Positions 16,438 through 26,919 of a DNA stretch of 40,427 nucleotides are shown here, in pieces; within the stretch, counting starts at the first letter, position 1; each line of letters begins with the position of its first letter. Under the pieces are notes generated by a model. The model searched no databases and was not told the DNA's origin. It worked only from the letters and a program-made list of their open reading frames with translations. This DNA comes from a virus. Taxonomy: Duplodnaviria > Heunggongvirae > Uroviricota > Caudoviricetes. Both the position numbers and the translations under genes were made by a program. The stretch spans positions 1-40,427 of the IMG/VR virus record IMGVR_UViG_2636416136_000013, one strand, 5' to 3'.

Positions 16438-16622
16438 ACGCCACAATTCAAACGATACCAGAGCTTCTTATCCAGACACGAGGCAATCAGACTGAAGTGG
16501 CAAGGATGCTTTCCTGCGCAAGAGGAACAGTGCTCAAGTACAACCGAGACAGCAAAGGCGAGCGTCATGTAATAGTTAACGGCGTCCTGATGGTCAAACA
16601 GGGCAAGAGGGGAAGACGATGA
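16434..16622 (+). CDS. ninH: NinH-like protein
   Basis: TIPELLIQTRGNQTEVARMLSCARGTVLKY resembles lambda NinH; sits between rusA and Q. Confidence 0.7.
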   Translation: MNATIQTIPELLIQTRGNQTEVARMLSCARGTVLKYNRDSKGERHVIVNGVLMVKQGKRGRR

Positions 16623-17242
16623 GACTCGAAAGCGTAGCTAAATTTCATTCGCCAAAAAGCCCGATGATGAGCGACTCACCACGGGCCACGGCTTCTGACT
16701 CTCTTTCCGGTACTGATGTGATGGCTGCTATGGGGATGGCGCAATCACAAGCCGGATTCGGAATGGCTGCATTCTGCGGTAAGCATGAACTCAGCCAGAA
16801 CGACAAACAAAAGGCTATCAACTATCTGATGCAATTTGCACACAAGGTATCGGGGAAATACCGTGGTGTGGCAAAGCTTGAAGGAAATACTAAGGCAAAG
16901 GTACTGCAAGTTCTCGCAACATTCGCTTATGCGGATTATTGCCGTAGTGCCGCGACGCCGGGCGCAAGATGCAGAGATTGCCACGGTACAGGCCGTGCGG
17001 TTGATATAGCCAAAACAGAGCAGTGGGGGAGAGTTGTTGAGAAAGAGTGCGGAAGATGCAAAGGCGTCGGCTATTCAAGGATGCCAGCAAGCGCAGCATA
17101 TCGCGCTGTGACGATGCTAATCCCAAACCTTACTCAACCCACCTGGTCACGCACTGTTAAGCCGCTGTATGACGCTCTGGTGGTGCAATGCCACAAGGAA
17201 GAGTCAATCGCAGACAACATTTTGAATGCGGTCACACGTTAG
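16619..17242 (+). CDS. Q: Late-gene antiterminator Q
   Basis: 207 aa, MRLESVAKFHSPKSPMMSDSPRATASDSLSGTDVMAAMGMAQSQAGFGMAAFCGKHELSQNDKQKAINYLMQFAHK... with zinc-finger CRDCHGTG...CGRCKG; matches lambda Q as recalled. Confidence 0.95.
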   Translation: MRLESVAKFHSPKSPMMSDSPRATASDSLSGTDVMAAMGMAQSQAGFGMAAFCGKHELSQNDKQKAINYLMQFAHKVSGKYRGVAKLEGNTKAKVLQVLATFAYADYCRSAATPGARCRDCHGTGRAVDIAKTEQWGRVVEKECGRCKGVGYSRMPASAAYRAVTMLIPNLTQPTWSRTVKPLYDALVVQCHKEESIADNILNAVTR

Positions 17243-17284
17243 CAGCATGATTGCCACGGATGGCAACATATTAACGGCATGATA

Positions 17285-17313
17285 TTGACTTTTTGAATAA
17301 AGTTGGGTAAATT
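17285..17313 (+). promoter_or_regulatory. Late promoter PR' (with adjacent qut region)
   Basis: TTGACT (17285..17290), 17-nt spacer, TAAATT (17308..17313); downstream sequence matches the lambda PR'/qut region. Confidence 0.8.
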
Positions 17314-17453
17314 TGACCCAACGATGGGTTAATTCGCTCGTTGTGGTAGTGAGATGAAAAGAGGCGGCTCTTACTACCGATTCCGCCTAGTTGGTCACTT
17401 CGACGTATCGTCTGGAACTCCAACCATCGCAGGCTGAGAGGTCTGCAAAATGC

Positions 17454-17512
17454 AATCCCGAAACAGTTCGCAGGTAATAGTTAGAGCCTGCATAACGGTT
17501 TCGGGATTTTTT
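17454..17512 (+). terminator. tR' terminator (end of the short 6S-like late leader RNA)
   Basis: Long hairpin AATCCCGAAAC...GTTTCGGGATT followed by TTTTTT, about 190 nt downstream of the PR' start. Confidence 0.8.
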
Positions 17513-17928
17513 ATATCTGTGCAACAGGTAAGAGCATTTGTAGAGTTCGACTCTCTACCGTGGGCTTTTTCCCGCGATGCGAGCCATAAATGCTCTTTCC
17601 GTTGTGCTGAATTAAGCGAATGCCGGAAGCAGAACCGGATCACCAAATGCGTACAGGCGTCATCGCCGCCCAGCAACAGCACAACCCAAACTGAGCCGTA
17701 GCCACTGGCTATCCTGAATTCATCAGTGATAGTTATGCTGCGGCTTTCTACACATGACCTTCGTGAAAGCGGTGGCAGGAGGTTGCGCTAACAACCTCAT
17801 GCCGTTTTGCCCGTGCATATCGGTCACGAACAAATCTGATTACTAAACACAGTAGCCTGGATTTGTTCTATCAGTAATCGACCTTATTCCTAATTAAATA
17901 GAGCAAATCCCCTTATTGGGGGTAAGAC

Positions 17929-18252
17929 ATGAAGATGCCAGAAAAACATGACCTGTTAGCCGCCATTCTCGCGGCAAAGGAACAAGGCATCGGGGCAATC
18001 CTTGCGTTTGCAATGGCGTACCTTCGCGGCAGATATAATGGCGGTGCGTTTACAAAAACAGTAATCGACGCAACGATGTGCGCCATTATCGCCTGGTTCA
18101 TTCGTGACCTTCTCGACTTCGCCGGACTAAGTAGCAATCTCGCTTATATAACGAGCGTGTTCATCGGCTACATCGGTACTGACTCGATTGGTTCGCTTAT
18201 CAAACGCTTCGCTGCTAAAAAAGCCGGAGTAGAAGATGGTGGAAATCAATAA
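17929..18252 (+). CDS. S: Holin S (dual start S107/S105)
   Basis: [62 protein letters not shown]... matches the lambda S holin with its Met1-Lys2-Met3 dual-start motif. Confidence 0.95.
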   Translation: MKMPEKHDLLAAILAAKEQGIGAILAFAMAYLRGRYNGGAFTKTVIDATMCAIIAWFIRDLLDFAGLSSNLAYITSVFIGYIGTDSIGSLIKRFAAKKAGVEDGGNQ

Positions 18253-18712
18253 TCAACGTAAGGCGTTCCTCGATATGCTGGCGTGGTCAGAGGGAACTGA
18301 TAACGGACGACAGAAAACCAGAAATCATGGTTATGACGTCATTGTTGGCGGAGAGTTATTCACTGATTACTCCGATCACCCTCGCAAACTTGTCACGCTA
18401 AACCCAAAACTCAAATCAACAGCAGCCGGACGTTACCAGCTTCTTTCCCGTTGGTGGGATGCCTATCGTAAGCAGCTTGGCCTGAAAGACTTCTCTCCGA
18501 AAAGCCAGGACGCTGTGGCATTGCAGCAGATTAAAGAGCGTGGCGCTTTACCGATGATTGATCGCGGTGATATCCGTCAGGCAATCGACCGTTGCAGCAA
18601 TATCTGGGCTTCACTGCCGGGTGCTGGTTATGGTCAGTTCGAGCATAAGGCTGACAGCCTGATTGCAAAATTCAAAGAAGCAGGCGGAACGGTCAGAGAG
18701 ATTGAGGTATGA
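18236..18712 (+). CDS. R: Endolysin R (lytic transglycosylase)
   Basis: [53 protein letters not shown]... matches lambda R. Confidence 0.95.
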   Translation: MVEINNQRKAFLDMLAWSEGTDNGRQKTRNHGYDVIVGGELFTDYSDHPRKLVTLNPKLKSTAAGRYQLLSRWWDAYRKQLGLKDFSPKSQDAVALQQIKERGALPMIDRGDIRQAIDRCSNIWASLPGAGYGQFEHKADSLIAKFKEAGGTVREIEV

Positions 18713-19146
18713 GCAGAGTAACCGCGATTATCTCCGCTCTGGTTATCTGCATCATCGTCTGTCTGTCATGGGCTGTTAATCATTACCGTGATAACGCCAT
18801 CGCCTATAAAGAGCAGCGCGATAAGGCCACATCCACAATCGCTGACATGCAGAAGCGTCAACGTGATGTAGCAGAACTCGACGCCAGATACACAAAGGAG
18901 CTTGCTGATGCTAACGCGACTATCGAAAGTCTCCGTACTGATGTTTCTGCTGGTCGTAAGCGCCTGCAAGTCGCCGCCACCTGTGCAAAGTCAACGACCG
19001 GAGCCAGCAGCATGGGCGATGGAGAAAGCCCAAGACTTACAGCAGATGCTGAACTCAATTATTACCGTCTCAGAAGTGGAATCGACAAGATAACCGCGCA
19101 GGTTAACTACCTGCAGGAGTACATCAGGACGCAATGCCTGAAATAA
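18709..19146 (+). CDS. Rz: Spanin inner-membrane subunit Rz (i-spanin)
   Basis: N-terminal [32 protein letters not shown] identical to lambda Rz; divergent coiled-coil periplasmic domain. Confidence 0.9.
   Translation: MSRVTAIISALVICIIVCLSWAVNHYRDNAIAYKEQRDKATSTIADMQKRQRDVAELDARYTKELADANATIESLRTDVSAGRKRLQVAATCAKSTTGASSMGDGESPRLTADAELNYYRLRSGIDKITAQVNYLQEYIRTQCLK
18902..19093 (+). CDS. Rz1: Spanin outer-membrane lipoprotein Rz1 (o-spanin), embedded in Rz in the +1 frame
   Basis: Lipobox LLVVSAC followed by a Pro-rich segment ([13 protein letters not shown]); fully nested within Rz. Confidence 0.8.
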   Translation: MLMLTRLSKVSVLMFLLVVSACKSPPPVQSQRPEPAAWAMEKAQDLQQMLNSIITVSEVESTR

Positions 19147-19177
19147 TTTTTTTGCAAATCACAAAGTCCATTTAATG

Positions 19178-19202
19178 AGCCTCGCGATGCGGGGCTTTTT
19201 TA
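19178..19202 (+). terminator. Candidate terminator after the lysis cassette
   Basis: Imperfect GC-rich hairpin (AGCCTCGC...GCGGGGCT) followed by TTTTTTAT. Confidence 0.45.
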
Positions 19203-19348
19203 TGTCCGCAGTAAACGCGCTTCACACGCGCGACTTCTGAACACAGAACCTTTCAGGATGACCCTTGAGGATGCCGGTTTGGTGATCGGTGCCTTTCTGT
19301 GGGCCGGAATCCTGTGTGACAAGGTTCATCACTAAAAGGTGATCACTG

Positions 19349-19879
19349 ATGAAGTACCCAACAGTTATTGTCAATGGTGTGTCCGTTCGTGTTGATGAGG
19401 ATGGACGCTACAACTTAAACGATCTCCATGCAGCAGCAGTTGCAAATGGAGAGGCTACAGAGCAACAGCGCCCAAGCCAGTTTTTGCGTAGCGCGCAGAT
19501 AAAACGCTTCATAAAAGCACTGGAGGCCAAAGTGCAAAAAAGCACTTTGGAACAAATTCAACCACTTAAAATAATCAAAGGTGGTGCAGAACCAGGTGTG
19601 TGGGGTGTTGAACTTCTGGCAATCAGATATGCAGCATGGATTAAGCCGGAATTTGAAATCGAAGTTTATGAAGTTTTCAAAACGGTCGTCCGTCTCGGCG
19701 TTGGCGCAATGTCCCGTCTGAATAGAATCGATCACATCATCAATACTGAAACCAAAGCGATAAGCCAGTGCGCAAGCCAAATGGCTAAGTGGGGCGTTGG
19801 TGGGCGAAAAAGATTGCTTCATGTTGCACGTGAGAGAGCGGCAAATGAAGTGCAAATGTATTTGCCCGGAATGGTGTGA
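19349..19879 (+). CDS. KilA-N domain protein (moron between lysis and packaging genes)
   Basis: N-terminus VIVNGVSVRVDEDGRYNLNDLHAAAV...RPSQFLRSAQIKRFIKAL fits the KilA-N pattern from memory; own upstream intergenic region. Confidence 0.6.
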   Translation: MKYPTVIVNGVSVRVDEDGRYNLNDLHAAAVANGEATEQQRPSQFLRSAQIKRFIKALEAKVQKSTLEQIQPLKIIKGGAEPGVWGVELLAIRYAAWIKPEFEIEVYEVFKTVVRLGVGAMSRLNRIDHIINTETKAISQCASQMAKWGVGGRKRLLHVARERAANEVQMYLPGMV

Positions 19880-20135
19880 TTTCGCAGGTTAATCCAGTTT
19901 TTGCATTACGGCAGTACCACGAAGCAACCCAAGCCAGTAAGTGGGGAAATAACACTGGCAGCCACTGAAAGATGAACCTCCTGCCTTATGGCAAAAAAGA
20001 TTCTTTGTGGTGGCGGACTGATGGAAAGACATCGGTTATTGCAGAGACCATTCAATGAGTGGTCTCGACAATGACTTATACCCTACACGGGATAACTTAA
20101 CTGATATCCCTTTTAACGGATAAACGGAGCCAACA

Positions 20136-20378
20136 ATGGCAGAGATTATTCCCATGACTGAAGAACAGAAATTCCAGTTAGAGATTTACAAACTGGTCAT
20201 GAACCAGAACGCAGCCGCAGAAGAAGCATTTCAGTTCATTGGCACTGACGAACTGAAGCTTGAGCTATTCAAAATTCACTTCCAGTCAGGCGGCGCTAAT
20301 TCAGATATCACGACCCGCACTATCGAAGCGGTGCGTAAATCGAAGGAAGCGTTAGACCTGTTCACCACCGGAGCATAA
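20136..20378 (+). CDS. Hypothetical protein (80 aa)
   Basis: ORF with Shine-Dalgarno (aaacggag), immediately upstream of terS. Confidence 0.45.
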   Translation: MAEIIPMTEEQKFQLEIYKLVMNQNAAAEEAFQFIGTDELKLELFKIHFQSGGANSDITTRTIEAVRKSKEALDLFTTGA

Positions 20379-20380
20379 AC

Positions 20381-20821
20381 ATGGCGCGCCCAACAAAGTA
20401 TCAAGAGGCGTACGCCGAACAGGCACGCAAACTGTGCTTGCTGGGCTACACCGATGCAGAGCTTGCTGATTTCTTCGAAGTCAGTGAGTCAACTATTAAC
20501 AAGTGGAAGCTTGATTATCCTGAGTTTTCGGAGTCCATAAAAAAGGGTAAGGCCGTCGCTGATGCAGAAGTTAGTGACCGTCTTTATCAACGCGCTATGG
20601 GCTTCGTGGCTCCAGACATCGATATTCGTGTTATTGAAAACAGAATTGTCGAAACTCCGCTTGAGAAGTATTACCCGCCTGATACAACCGCCGCCATCTT
20701 CTGGCTTAAGAATCGACAGAAGGATAAATGGCGCGACAAGGTTGATCACGAGCTAACAGGCAAAGACGGCGGCGCAATCCAGATTGAAACATCACCGATG
20801 AGCACTCTATTCGGAAAATGA
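20381..20821 (+). CDS. Terminase small subunit (Sf6 gp1-like)
   Basis: N-terminal HTH MARPTKYQEAYAEQARKLCLLGYTDAELADFFEVSESTINKWK; C-terminus ...TGKDGGAIQIETSPMSTLFGK recalls the Sf6 small terminase; directly precedes terL. Confidence 0.8.
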   Translation: MARPTKYQEAYAEQARKLCLLGYTDAELADFFEVSESTINKWKLDYPEFSESIKKGKAVADAEVSDRLYQRAMGFVAPDIDIRVIENRIVETPLEKYYPPDTTAAIFWLKNRQKDKWRDKVDHELTGKDGGAIQIETSPMSTLFGK

Positions 20822-22233
20822 CCTCGATTAATCCTATCTTTGAACCGTTCATTGAGGCGCATCGCTACAAAGTCGCCAAAGGCGGTCGAGGTAGCGGTAA
20901 GTCATGGGCAATTGCTAGGCTGCTTGTTGAAGCGGCGCGTCGGCAGCCTGTGCGTATTCTCTGCGCTCGTGAACTGCAAAACAGTATCAGCGATTCGGTA
21001 ATCCGGTTGCTTGAAGACACCATAAAGCGGGAAGGGTATTCGGCTGAGTTTGAAATTCAGCGTTCAATGATTCGTCATCTCGGAACGAATGCTGAATTCA
21101 TGTTCTACGGCATAAAAAACAACCCGACGAAGATTAAATCGCTAGAAGGTATTGATATCTGCTGGGTGGAAGAAGCGGAAGCGGTAACGAAGGAATCGTG
21201 GGATATCCTGATTCCAACCATCCGCAAGCCGTTTTCCGAAATATGGGTGAGTTTCAACCCTAAGAACATCCTCGACGATACCTATCAGCGATTCGTTGTA
21301 AATCCTCCCGATGATATTTGCCTGCTGACGGTGAACTACACCGACAATCCGCACTTTCCTGAAGTTCTCCGTCTGGAGATGGAAGAGTGTAAACGCAGAA
21401 ATCCGACACTGTATCGTCACATCTGGCTTGGTGATCCAGTAAGCGCAAGTGATATGGCAATCATCAAACGTGAATGGCTTGAAGCCGCAACCGATGCGCA
21501 CAAGAAACTCGGATGGAAAGCGAAAGGCGCTGTTGTCTCTGCGCATGACCCATCAGATACAGGGCCGGATGCTAAAGGTTATGCATCGCGTCACGGTTCG
21601 GTAGTTAAGCGCATTGCCGAAGGTCTGCTGATGGACATCAACGAGGGGGCTGACTGGGCTACTTCGCTGGCGATTGAAGACGGTGCTGACCACTACTTGT
21701 GGGATGGTGATGGTGTTGGTGCAGGGCTACGCAGACAGACAACGGAAGCGTTCTCCGGTAAGAAAATCACCGCCACGATGTTCAAGGGCAGCGAATCGCC
21801 ATTTGATGAAGATGCACCATATCAGGCTGGAGCATGGGCTGATGAAGTCGTGCAGGGCGACAACGTTCGCACTATTGGCGATGTGTTCCGCAATAAGCGA
21901 GCGCAATTCTATTACGCGCTGGCTGACAGGTTGTATCTGACATATCGGGCGGTTGTCCACGGTGAGTATGCAGACCCCGACGACATGCTGAGCTTCGACA
22001 AAGAAGCGATAGGCGAGAAGATGCTGGAGAAGCTGTTTGCAGAACTGACGCAGATTCAGCGCAAATTCAATAACAACGGGAAGCTGGAGCTTATGACTAA
22101 GGTCGAAATGAAGCAAAAGCTCGGTATTCCATCTCCTAACCTGGCTGATGCGCTGATGATGTGTATGCATTGCCCGGAGTCGGCTGCGCAACCCGACTAT
22201 TCCAGTTACTCAATTCCTTGTGGTGTAGGTTGA
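20818..22233 (+). CDS. Terminase large subunit (ATPase/nuclease)
   Basis: Walker A KVAKGGRGSGKSWA; Walker B-like ICWVEEAE; 471 aa; ATGA overlap with terS. Confidence 0.9.
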   Translation: MTSINPIFEPFIEAHRYKVAKGGRGSGKSWAIARLLVEAARRQPVRILCARELQNSISDSVIRLLEDTIKREGYSAEFEIQRSMIRHLGTNAEFMFYGIKNNPTKIKSLEGIDICWVEEAEAVTKESWDILIPTIRKPFSEIWVSFNPKNILDDTYQRFVVNPPDDICLLTVNYTDNPHFPEVLRLEMEECKRRNPTLYRHIWLGDPVSASDMAIIKREWLEAATDAHKKLGWKAKGAVVSAHDPSDTGPDAKGYASRHGSVVKRIAEGLLMDINEGADWATSLAIEDGADHYLWDGDGVGAGLRRQTTEAFSGKKITATMFKGSESPFDEDAPYQAGAWADEVVQGDNVRTIGDVFRNKRAQFYYALADRLYLTYRAVVHGEYADPDDMLSFDKEAIGEKMLEKLFAELTQIQRKFNNNGKLELMTKVEMKQKLGIPSPNLADALMMCMHCPESAAQPDYSSYSIPCGVG

Positions 22234-22234
22234 T

Positions 22235-24433
22235 ATGGCAGAAAAAAAGATGACTGACTGGCATCGCAAGGTGCTGTGCAACTTTGATAATGCCTGGTCA
22301 GCAACGCAGGATATGCGTGAGCAGATTATAGAAGCTCAACGCTTCGTCAGGGTGTCCGGCGCACAGTGGGAAGGCAGCACAAATGCTGGTTACTCATTTG
22401 ATGAAGGCAGGTTCGAGCATTATCCGCGCTTTGAACTGAATAAGATTGCCCGTGAATGTGATCGCATCATTGGCGAGTATCGACAGAATCGCATCAGCGT
22501 TAAATTCAGGCCGAAGGACGATAAGGCATCGGAAGCGTTAGCCGAAAAGATGAACGGCAAATTCCGCGCTGACTATCAGGAAACATCCGGTGGCGAAGCG
22601 TGTGATAACGCATTTGATGATGCTGTAACGGGCGGATTCGGTTGTTTCCGCATGTGTGCCGATTACGAAGATGAAATGGACCCAAGTAACGATCAGCGAC
22701 GCATCAGCCTTCTTCCTGTTTACGACCCAGCGACATGCGTCTTCTTCGATCAGGACAGCAAACAATATGACCGCTCTGATGCTATGTGGGCTATGGAAAT
22801 GTTCTCCATGACGCCCAAAGCGTTCGAGGCTGAATACCCTGATTCCATCGCAGCAAGTCTTTCTCGTGATGACACTGGCACTCAATATGACTGGTCAACG
22901 CCAGATGCCATCTATGTTGGTCGCTACTACGAAGTTCGCATAGAGAAGGTGAAGCTCACGGCATGGCGCAACCCTGTTAGCGGAGAAACGGCAATCTATG
23001 ATGAAGAGCAAATCAAAGATATTGTCGACGAGCTGACCGATGGCGCATTCGAACTGATTGGTGAGCGGACAGTGAAGAAACGCCGAGTTTATTGCGGTCT
23101 TCTGTCTGGCGCTGAATGGCTGGAAGAACCGAAGCGTATTCCGGGCGAACATATTCCTCTCATCCCGGTATATGGGCGTCGTTCATTTGTTGATAATCAG
23201 GAGCGAATCGAAGGCCACGCTGCAAAAGCGATGGATGCACAGCGTCTTGAGAACCTGATGGTTTCCATGATTGCAGATAACGCCACTCAGGCTGGCGGTG
23301 ATGGCATTCCTATCGTGGATGTTGATTTCATTCCCGGTCCATTAATGAATCACTGGGCAGAGAGGAATAAGAAAAGACCTGCAGTTCTTCCCATGACCAG
23401 CAAGAAGGACAAAAACGGAACGGTCATTTCAGAGGCTCAGGTTGCTGGCTGGACACCTCCGACACAAATGCCTCCTGCTCTTGCCGGGCTATTGCAGTAC
23501 ACCGGAACGGCCATTCAGCAAATTACAGGTGCGTCGCAGCTTGAGAACATGCCGAGCAACGTCGCTACCGATACCGTTGATAGTATCTTTAACCGGATGG
23601 ATACGCAGTCCTATATCTACATGGACAACATGGCTAAATCCATGCGTCGCGCTGGCGTTGTGTGGCTTTCTATGGCGCGTGAGGTCTATGGCAGTGATAC
23701 GCCGATGCGTATCGTTAATGAGGACGGCAGCGATGACGTGGCGCTGATGACTGGTGAAGTGGTTGACCGTCAGACAGGGCAGGTTATCGCGCTTAACGAC
23801 CTTTCGCAGGGTAACTATGAAGTGACTGTCGATGTCGGTCTGTCGTTCGCTACTCGCCGTGATGCAACGGTTAAGTCGTTACTTTCCATGCTGGCACTTA
23901 TCCCACCAGGTACGCCGAAGCACGACCTTGTATCGTCGATGATTCTCGACAATATGGACGGCGAAGGGATGAACGACCTGAAAGAATACAACCGCAATCA
24001 GTTGCTTCTGTCTGGCGTTATCAAGCCGAGAACTACTGAAGAACAGCAGATGGTTGAACAGGCGAAACAACAACAGGCCAGTCAGCCAGATCCGGCTATG
24101 GTTGCAGCGCAAGGTCAGCTTCTTGCTGGTCAGGCTGAATTGCAGAAGGCGCAGAACGAACAGGCAGCCATTCAGGTTAAAGCATTCCAGGCACAGACTG
24201 ATGCTCAGGTTGCTGCGGCAAACGTTGTGAAAATACTCGCATCTGCCGATAGTCAGCAGAAATCTGATATCCGCGAGGCTCTGAAACTGCTCGGACAGTT
24301 CCAGCAACAGCAAGGAGATAATGCCCGTGCTGATGCAGAGCTTGTCCTGAAAAGTCAGGCACAGGGCCATGCGCAGCGCATGGACATCAGCAGCATCCTG
24401 CAAAAATCAACTCAGCAACAACCACAGCAGTAA
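22235..24433 (+). CDS. Portal protein (P22 gp1-like)
   Basis: 732 aa directly after terL; size and position match the P22/Sf6 portal; Q-rich C-terminal tail. Confidence 0.75.
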   Translation: MAEKKMTDWHRKVLCNFDNAWSATQDMREQIIEAQRFVRVSGAQWEGSTNAGYSFDEGRFEHYPRFELNKIARECDRIIGEYRQNRISVKFRPKDDKASEALAEKMNGKFRADYQETSGGEACDNAFDDAVTGGFGCFRMCADYEDEMDPSNDQRRISLLPVYDPATCVFFDQDSKQYDRSDAMWAMEMFSMTPKAFEAEYPDSIAASLSRDDTGTQYDWSTPDAIYVGRYYEVRIEKVKLTAWRNPVSGETAIYDEEQIKDIVDELTDGAFELIGERTVKKRRVYCGLLSGAEWLEEPKRIPGEHIPLIPVYGRRSFVDNQERIEGHAAKAMDAQRLENLMVSMIADNATQAGGDGIPIVDVDFIPGPLMNHWAERNKKRPAVLPMTSKKDKNGTVISEAQVAGWTPPTQMPPALAGLLQYTGTAIQQITGASQLENMPSNVATDTVDSIFNRMDTQSYIYMDNMAKSMRRAGVVWLSMAREVYGSDTPMRIVNEDGSDDVALMTGEVVDRQTGQVIALNDLSQGNYEVTVDVGLSFATRRDATVKSLLSMLALIPPGTPKHDLVSSMILDNMDGEGMNDLKEYNRNQLLLSGVIKPRTTEEQQMVEQAKQQQASQPDPAMVAAQGQLLAGQAELQKAQNEQAAIQVKAFQAQTDAQVAAANVVKILASADSQQKSDIREALKLLGQFQQQQGDNARADAELVLKSQAQGHAQRMDISSILQKSTQQQPQQ

Positions 24434-24523
24434 TTAACCCATAACGTGCAATGGCTGTCTTTATGAGGCCTGGCACCCTATTGCCTTCCGATGGGCTGAA
24501 CATCGAGTAAACAGGGGTAACAA

Positions 24524-25417
24524 ATGGACCAGATGGCAGAAAACACACCAGAAGTTGAAATCGAAACCGACGCGTCAGAGCAGATTCCTGATGATGTCGA
24601 ACTGGCTGAAGAAGTCGAAACAGAAGATGGCAGTGAGTCCTCCGGCAATGATGCAGAGGAAGCTACTGAAACTGATGACGACGAATCAGAACAGGAATTC
24701 TACTTTGGTGACGAAAAGCTGGATTCGCCAACCAGAGAAGATAGCGCAGAGCATGGACTGGTAAAACACCTGCGCAAGACGATTAAAGAGAAAGACCGCG
24801 AGCTGAAAGAGCTGATGCGTCAGTCTCAGAAACCCGTCGAGCAGCAGCCGGTAATCACTCAACCACCGCGAATGCCAAAACTGGACGATGAGGACATCGG
24901 TTTCGATGAAGAAATCTACCAGCAACGCATGGCTAAGTGGGCAGAGGATAACGGCAAATACCAGGAGCAAGTACGAGAGCGGAAACGAGAGGAAGAGGCG
25001 CGTACCGCAACGCTTCAGCAGAAAGCAGCCAATTACATGCAGAGAGTAAAAGCACTGAAAGTGGCTGGCTACCAGGATGCAGAACAGGCTGTACGCGAAG
25101 ATGTTCCTGTTCATATTCAGGACATGATCCTTCTTGAGTCAGAGAAGCCGGAAATCGTTGTTCTGGCGCTTGGTCGCAACGCTGAACTGCGCAAGCAACT
25201 GGCAGAAGCTACCAACCCCGTAGCAATTGGTCGTCTGCTGGAACGTATCGAATCTAAGGCCAGAATCATGCCAAAAGCAAAAACCACGGCAGCCACAACC
25301 CCAACAGTTAAGGGGAGCAACGGCGCAGTAATCAATAACCTCGACAAACTGAAAGCCAAGGCGCTGGAAACTGGTGACTGGACGCCGTATTTCGCCGCTA
25401 AAAAGGCAAAAAAATAA
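24524..25417 (+). CDS. Scaffolding protein (P22 gp8-like)
   Basis: 297 aa with a highly acidic N-terminus and charged helical remainder, between portal and coat. Confidence 0.75.
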   Translation: MDQMAENTPEVEIETDASEQIPDDVELAEEVETEDGSESSGNDAEEATETDDDESEQEFYFGDEKLDSPTREDSAEHGLVKHLRKTIKEKDRELKELMRQSQKPVEQQPVITQPPRMPKLDDEDIGFDEEIYQQRMAKWAEDNGKYQEQVRERKREEEARTATLQQKAANYMQRVKALKVAGYQDAEQAVREDVPVHIQDMILLESEKPEIVVLALGRNAELRKQLAEATNPVAIGRLLERIESKARIMPKAKTTAATTPTVKGSNGAVINNLDKLKAKALETGDWTPYFAAKKAKK

Positions 25418-25435
25418 CCTATCGGAGCATTAAGC

Positions 25436-26689
25436 ATGGCTAACCAATTAGCAAAAGACCTTGAAATCATGTTCGAAAACTACGTTGAAGGCTTTGAGGC
25501 CGCCTGCGTAGTTTCCCGTAACGCTAAAAAATTCCGTCCCGGTGATACAGCAATGCAGCGAGCAGGTGATGTTCTGTATCGTCCGCAGCATTACCACATG
25601 AACATTGAGGAAGGCCTCGACCTCAGCAGCAAAACGCCAACAGCACTGGTTCAGCGCCTTGTTCCTTCTGTGTTCAAGGAGCCGAAAAACATTCTGTACA
25701 CTCTGGATGCGCGTGAAATGCGTGACCCGGAACATAAAACTGAAGCTGGTCGCGCCGCAGGTATGCGCCTTGCTGCACAGATTGACTCTGACCTGATTTC
25801 CATGGTCACGCAGCGTGCTACTAACGTGATCACAATGGCTGACTCAACCACAGGCACACAGGGACGTGATTTGTGGAACTGTGCGGCAGGTATTGATGCC
25901 ACCATGACGGCGATTGGTGTACCTCAGGGTATCAACCGTCGCTCTTTCTGGAACCCCTTCAACTACAAAGACCTTGCTGGCGAGCTTGGTCACCGAGCCT
26001 ACGCTCAGGGCGCAACCCTGACAGCATACGAAAAAGCGCAGATCCCTCCGGTTGCTTCCTTTGATAGCTACAAGACCGATATTTCTGGTCGATTACCGAA
26101 AGGAAGCACTGAATCCTTGACAGTATCAGGCCAACCTGAACACAAGGTTGAAGCGAAAGATTCAAATGGTATGCCAGTTGATAACCGACAGGGGACTATT
26201 ACGGTATCTGCATCTGGCTTGCAGGTTGGTGATGCGTTCACCATTGCCGGTGTGAATTCCGTACACCAGACCACAAAAGATACCACCGGGCAACCGCAGG
26301 TATTCCGTGTTCTGGCTGTTAGCGGAACTACCGTAACAATCTCTCCAAAGATTCTCCCTGTTGAAAATACCGATGTTGCGAGTCGTCCATATGCAAACGT
26401 CGATGCCAAACCGGCAGAATCAGCAGCAATTACCATTCTCAACAAGAATGCCGCACCGGCTAACCTGTTCTGGGCTGATGGTTCTGTTGAGCTGATGTAC
26501 GGCAAACTGGCGTTCCCGACTGGTCAGGGTCCACAGGTAATGACAGCAACCACAGAGCAGGGCGCTACGCTGATCATGTCTTACGCCTTCGACCACATCA
26601 AAGGCGTAACCACTGCTCGTTTCACCACTCTGTACGGTTGCTCTGTACTTGTTCCTGAATATACGGGCATCGTTATTGCCGGGCAGTAA
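25436..26689 (+). CDS. Major capsid (coat) protein, P22 gp5-like
   Basis: 417 aa; segments ISGRLPKGS, DNRQGTITVSASG, FTIAGVNSV, RVLAVSGTTVTISPK, YANVDA, ILNKNAAPANLFWADGSVELMYGKL parallel the P22 coat protein as recalled. Confidence 0.85.
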   Translation: MANQLAKDLEIMFENYVEGFEAACVVSRNAKKFRPGDTAMQRAGDVLYRPQHYHMNIEEGLDLSSKTPTALVQRLVPSVFKEPKNILYTLDAREMRDPEHKTEAGRAAGMRLAAQIDSDLISMVTQRATNVITMADSTTGTQGRDLWNCAAGIDATMTAIGVPQGINRRSFWNPFNYKDLAGELGHRAYAQGATLTAYEKAQIPPVASFDSYKTDISGRLPKGSTESLTVSGQPEHKVEAKDSNGMPVDNRQGTITVSASGLQVGDAFTIAGVNSVHQTTKDTTGQPQVFRVLAVSGTTVTISPKILPVENTDVASRPYANVDAKPAESAAITILNKNAAPANLFWADGSVELMYGKLAFPTGQGPQVMTATTEQGATLIMSYAFDHIKGVTTARFTTLYGCSVLVPEYTGIVIAGQ

Positions 26690-26694
26690 TTTTG

Positions 26695-26719
26695 GTGGGG
26701 CTTCGGCCCCATTTTTATT
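26695..26719 (+). terminator. Rho-independent terminator / attenuator after the coat gene
   Basis: Stem GGGGC-TTCG-GCCCC followed by ATTTTTATT. Confidence 0.65.
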
Positions 26720-26730
26720 GGGAGAAGACA

Positions 26731-26919
26731 ATGGCACGAACAATGCTCTATAAGCCTGGCAACATGATCACCTGTGGTCAGTTTGCTGTCGATTACATCA
26801 TTGTTGATGACGAAGAAGTTAAATCTCACCTGAAAAAAGGTTGGGTAAAAACTCCTGAAGAAACCGCAACGAAGCAAAAAGTGGCTAAGGCGGAAGAAGA
26901 TGGCGAAAACGAAGGGTGA
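26731..26919 (+). CDS. Hypothetical small protein (62 aa) between coat and gp4
   Basis: ORF frame 26692..26919; start set at MARTMLYKPG with GGGAGAAG Shine-Dalgarno. Confidence 0.45.
   Translation: MARTMLYKPGNMITCGQFAVDYIIVDDEEVKSHLKKGWVKTPEETATKQKVAKAEEDGENEG

Noticed and set aside
17395-17701. ORFs of 83 and 95 aa between tR' and the holin gene
   Set aside because: This interval matches the non-coding region between tR' and S in lambda as recalled; neither ORF has a convincing ribosome-binding site.
21142-25114. Numerous antisense ORFs (60-174 aa) within the terminase, portal and scaffold genes
   Set aside because: All lie opposite long, well-supported structural genes and lack translation signals; these are chance ORFs.
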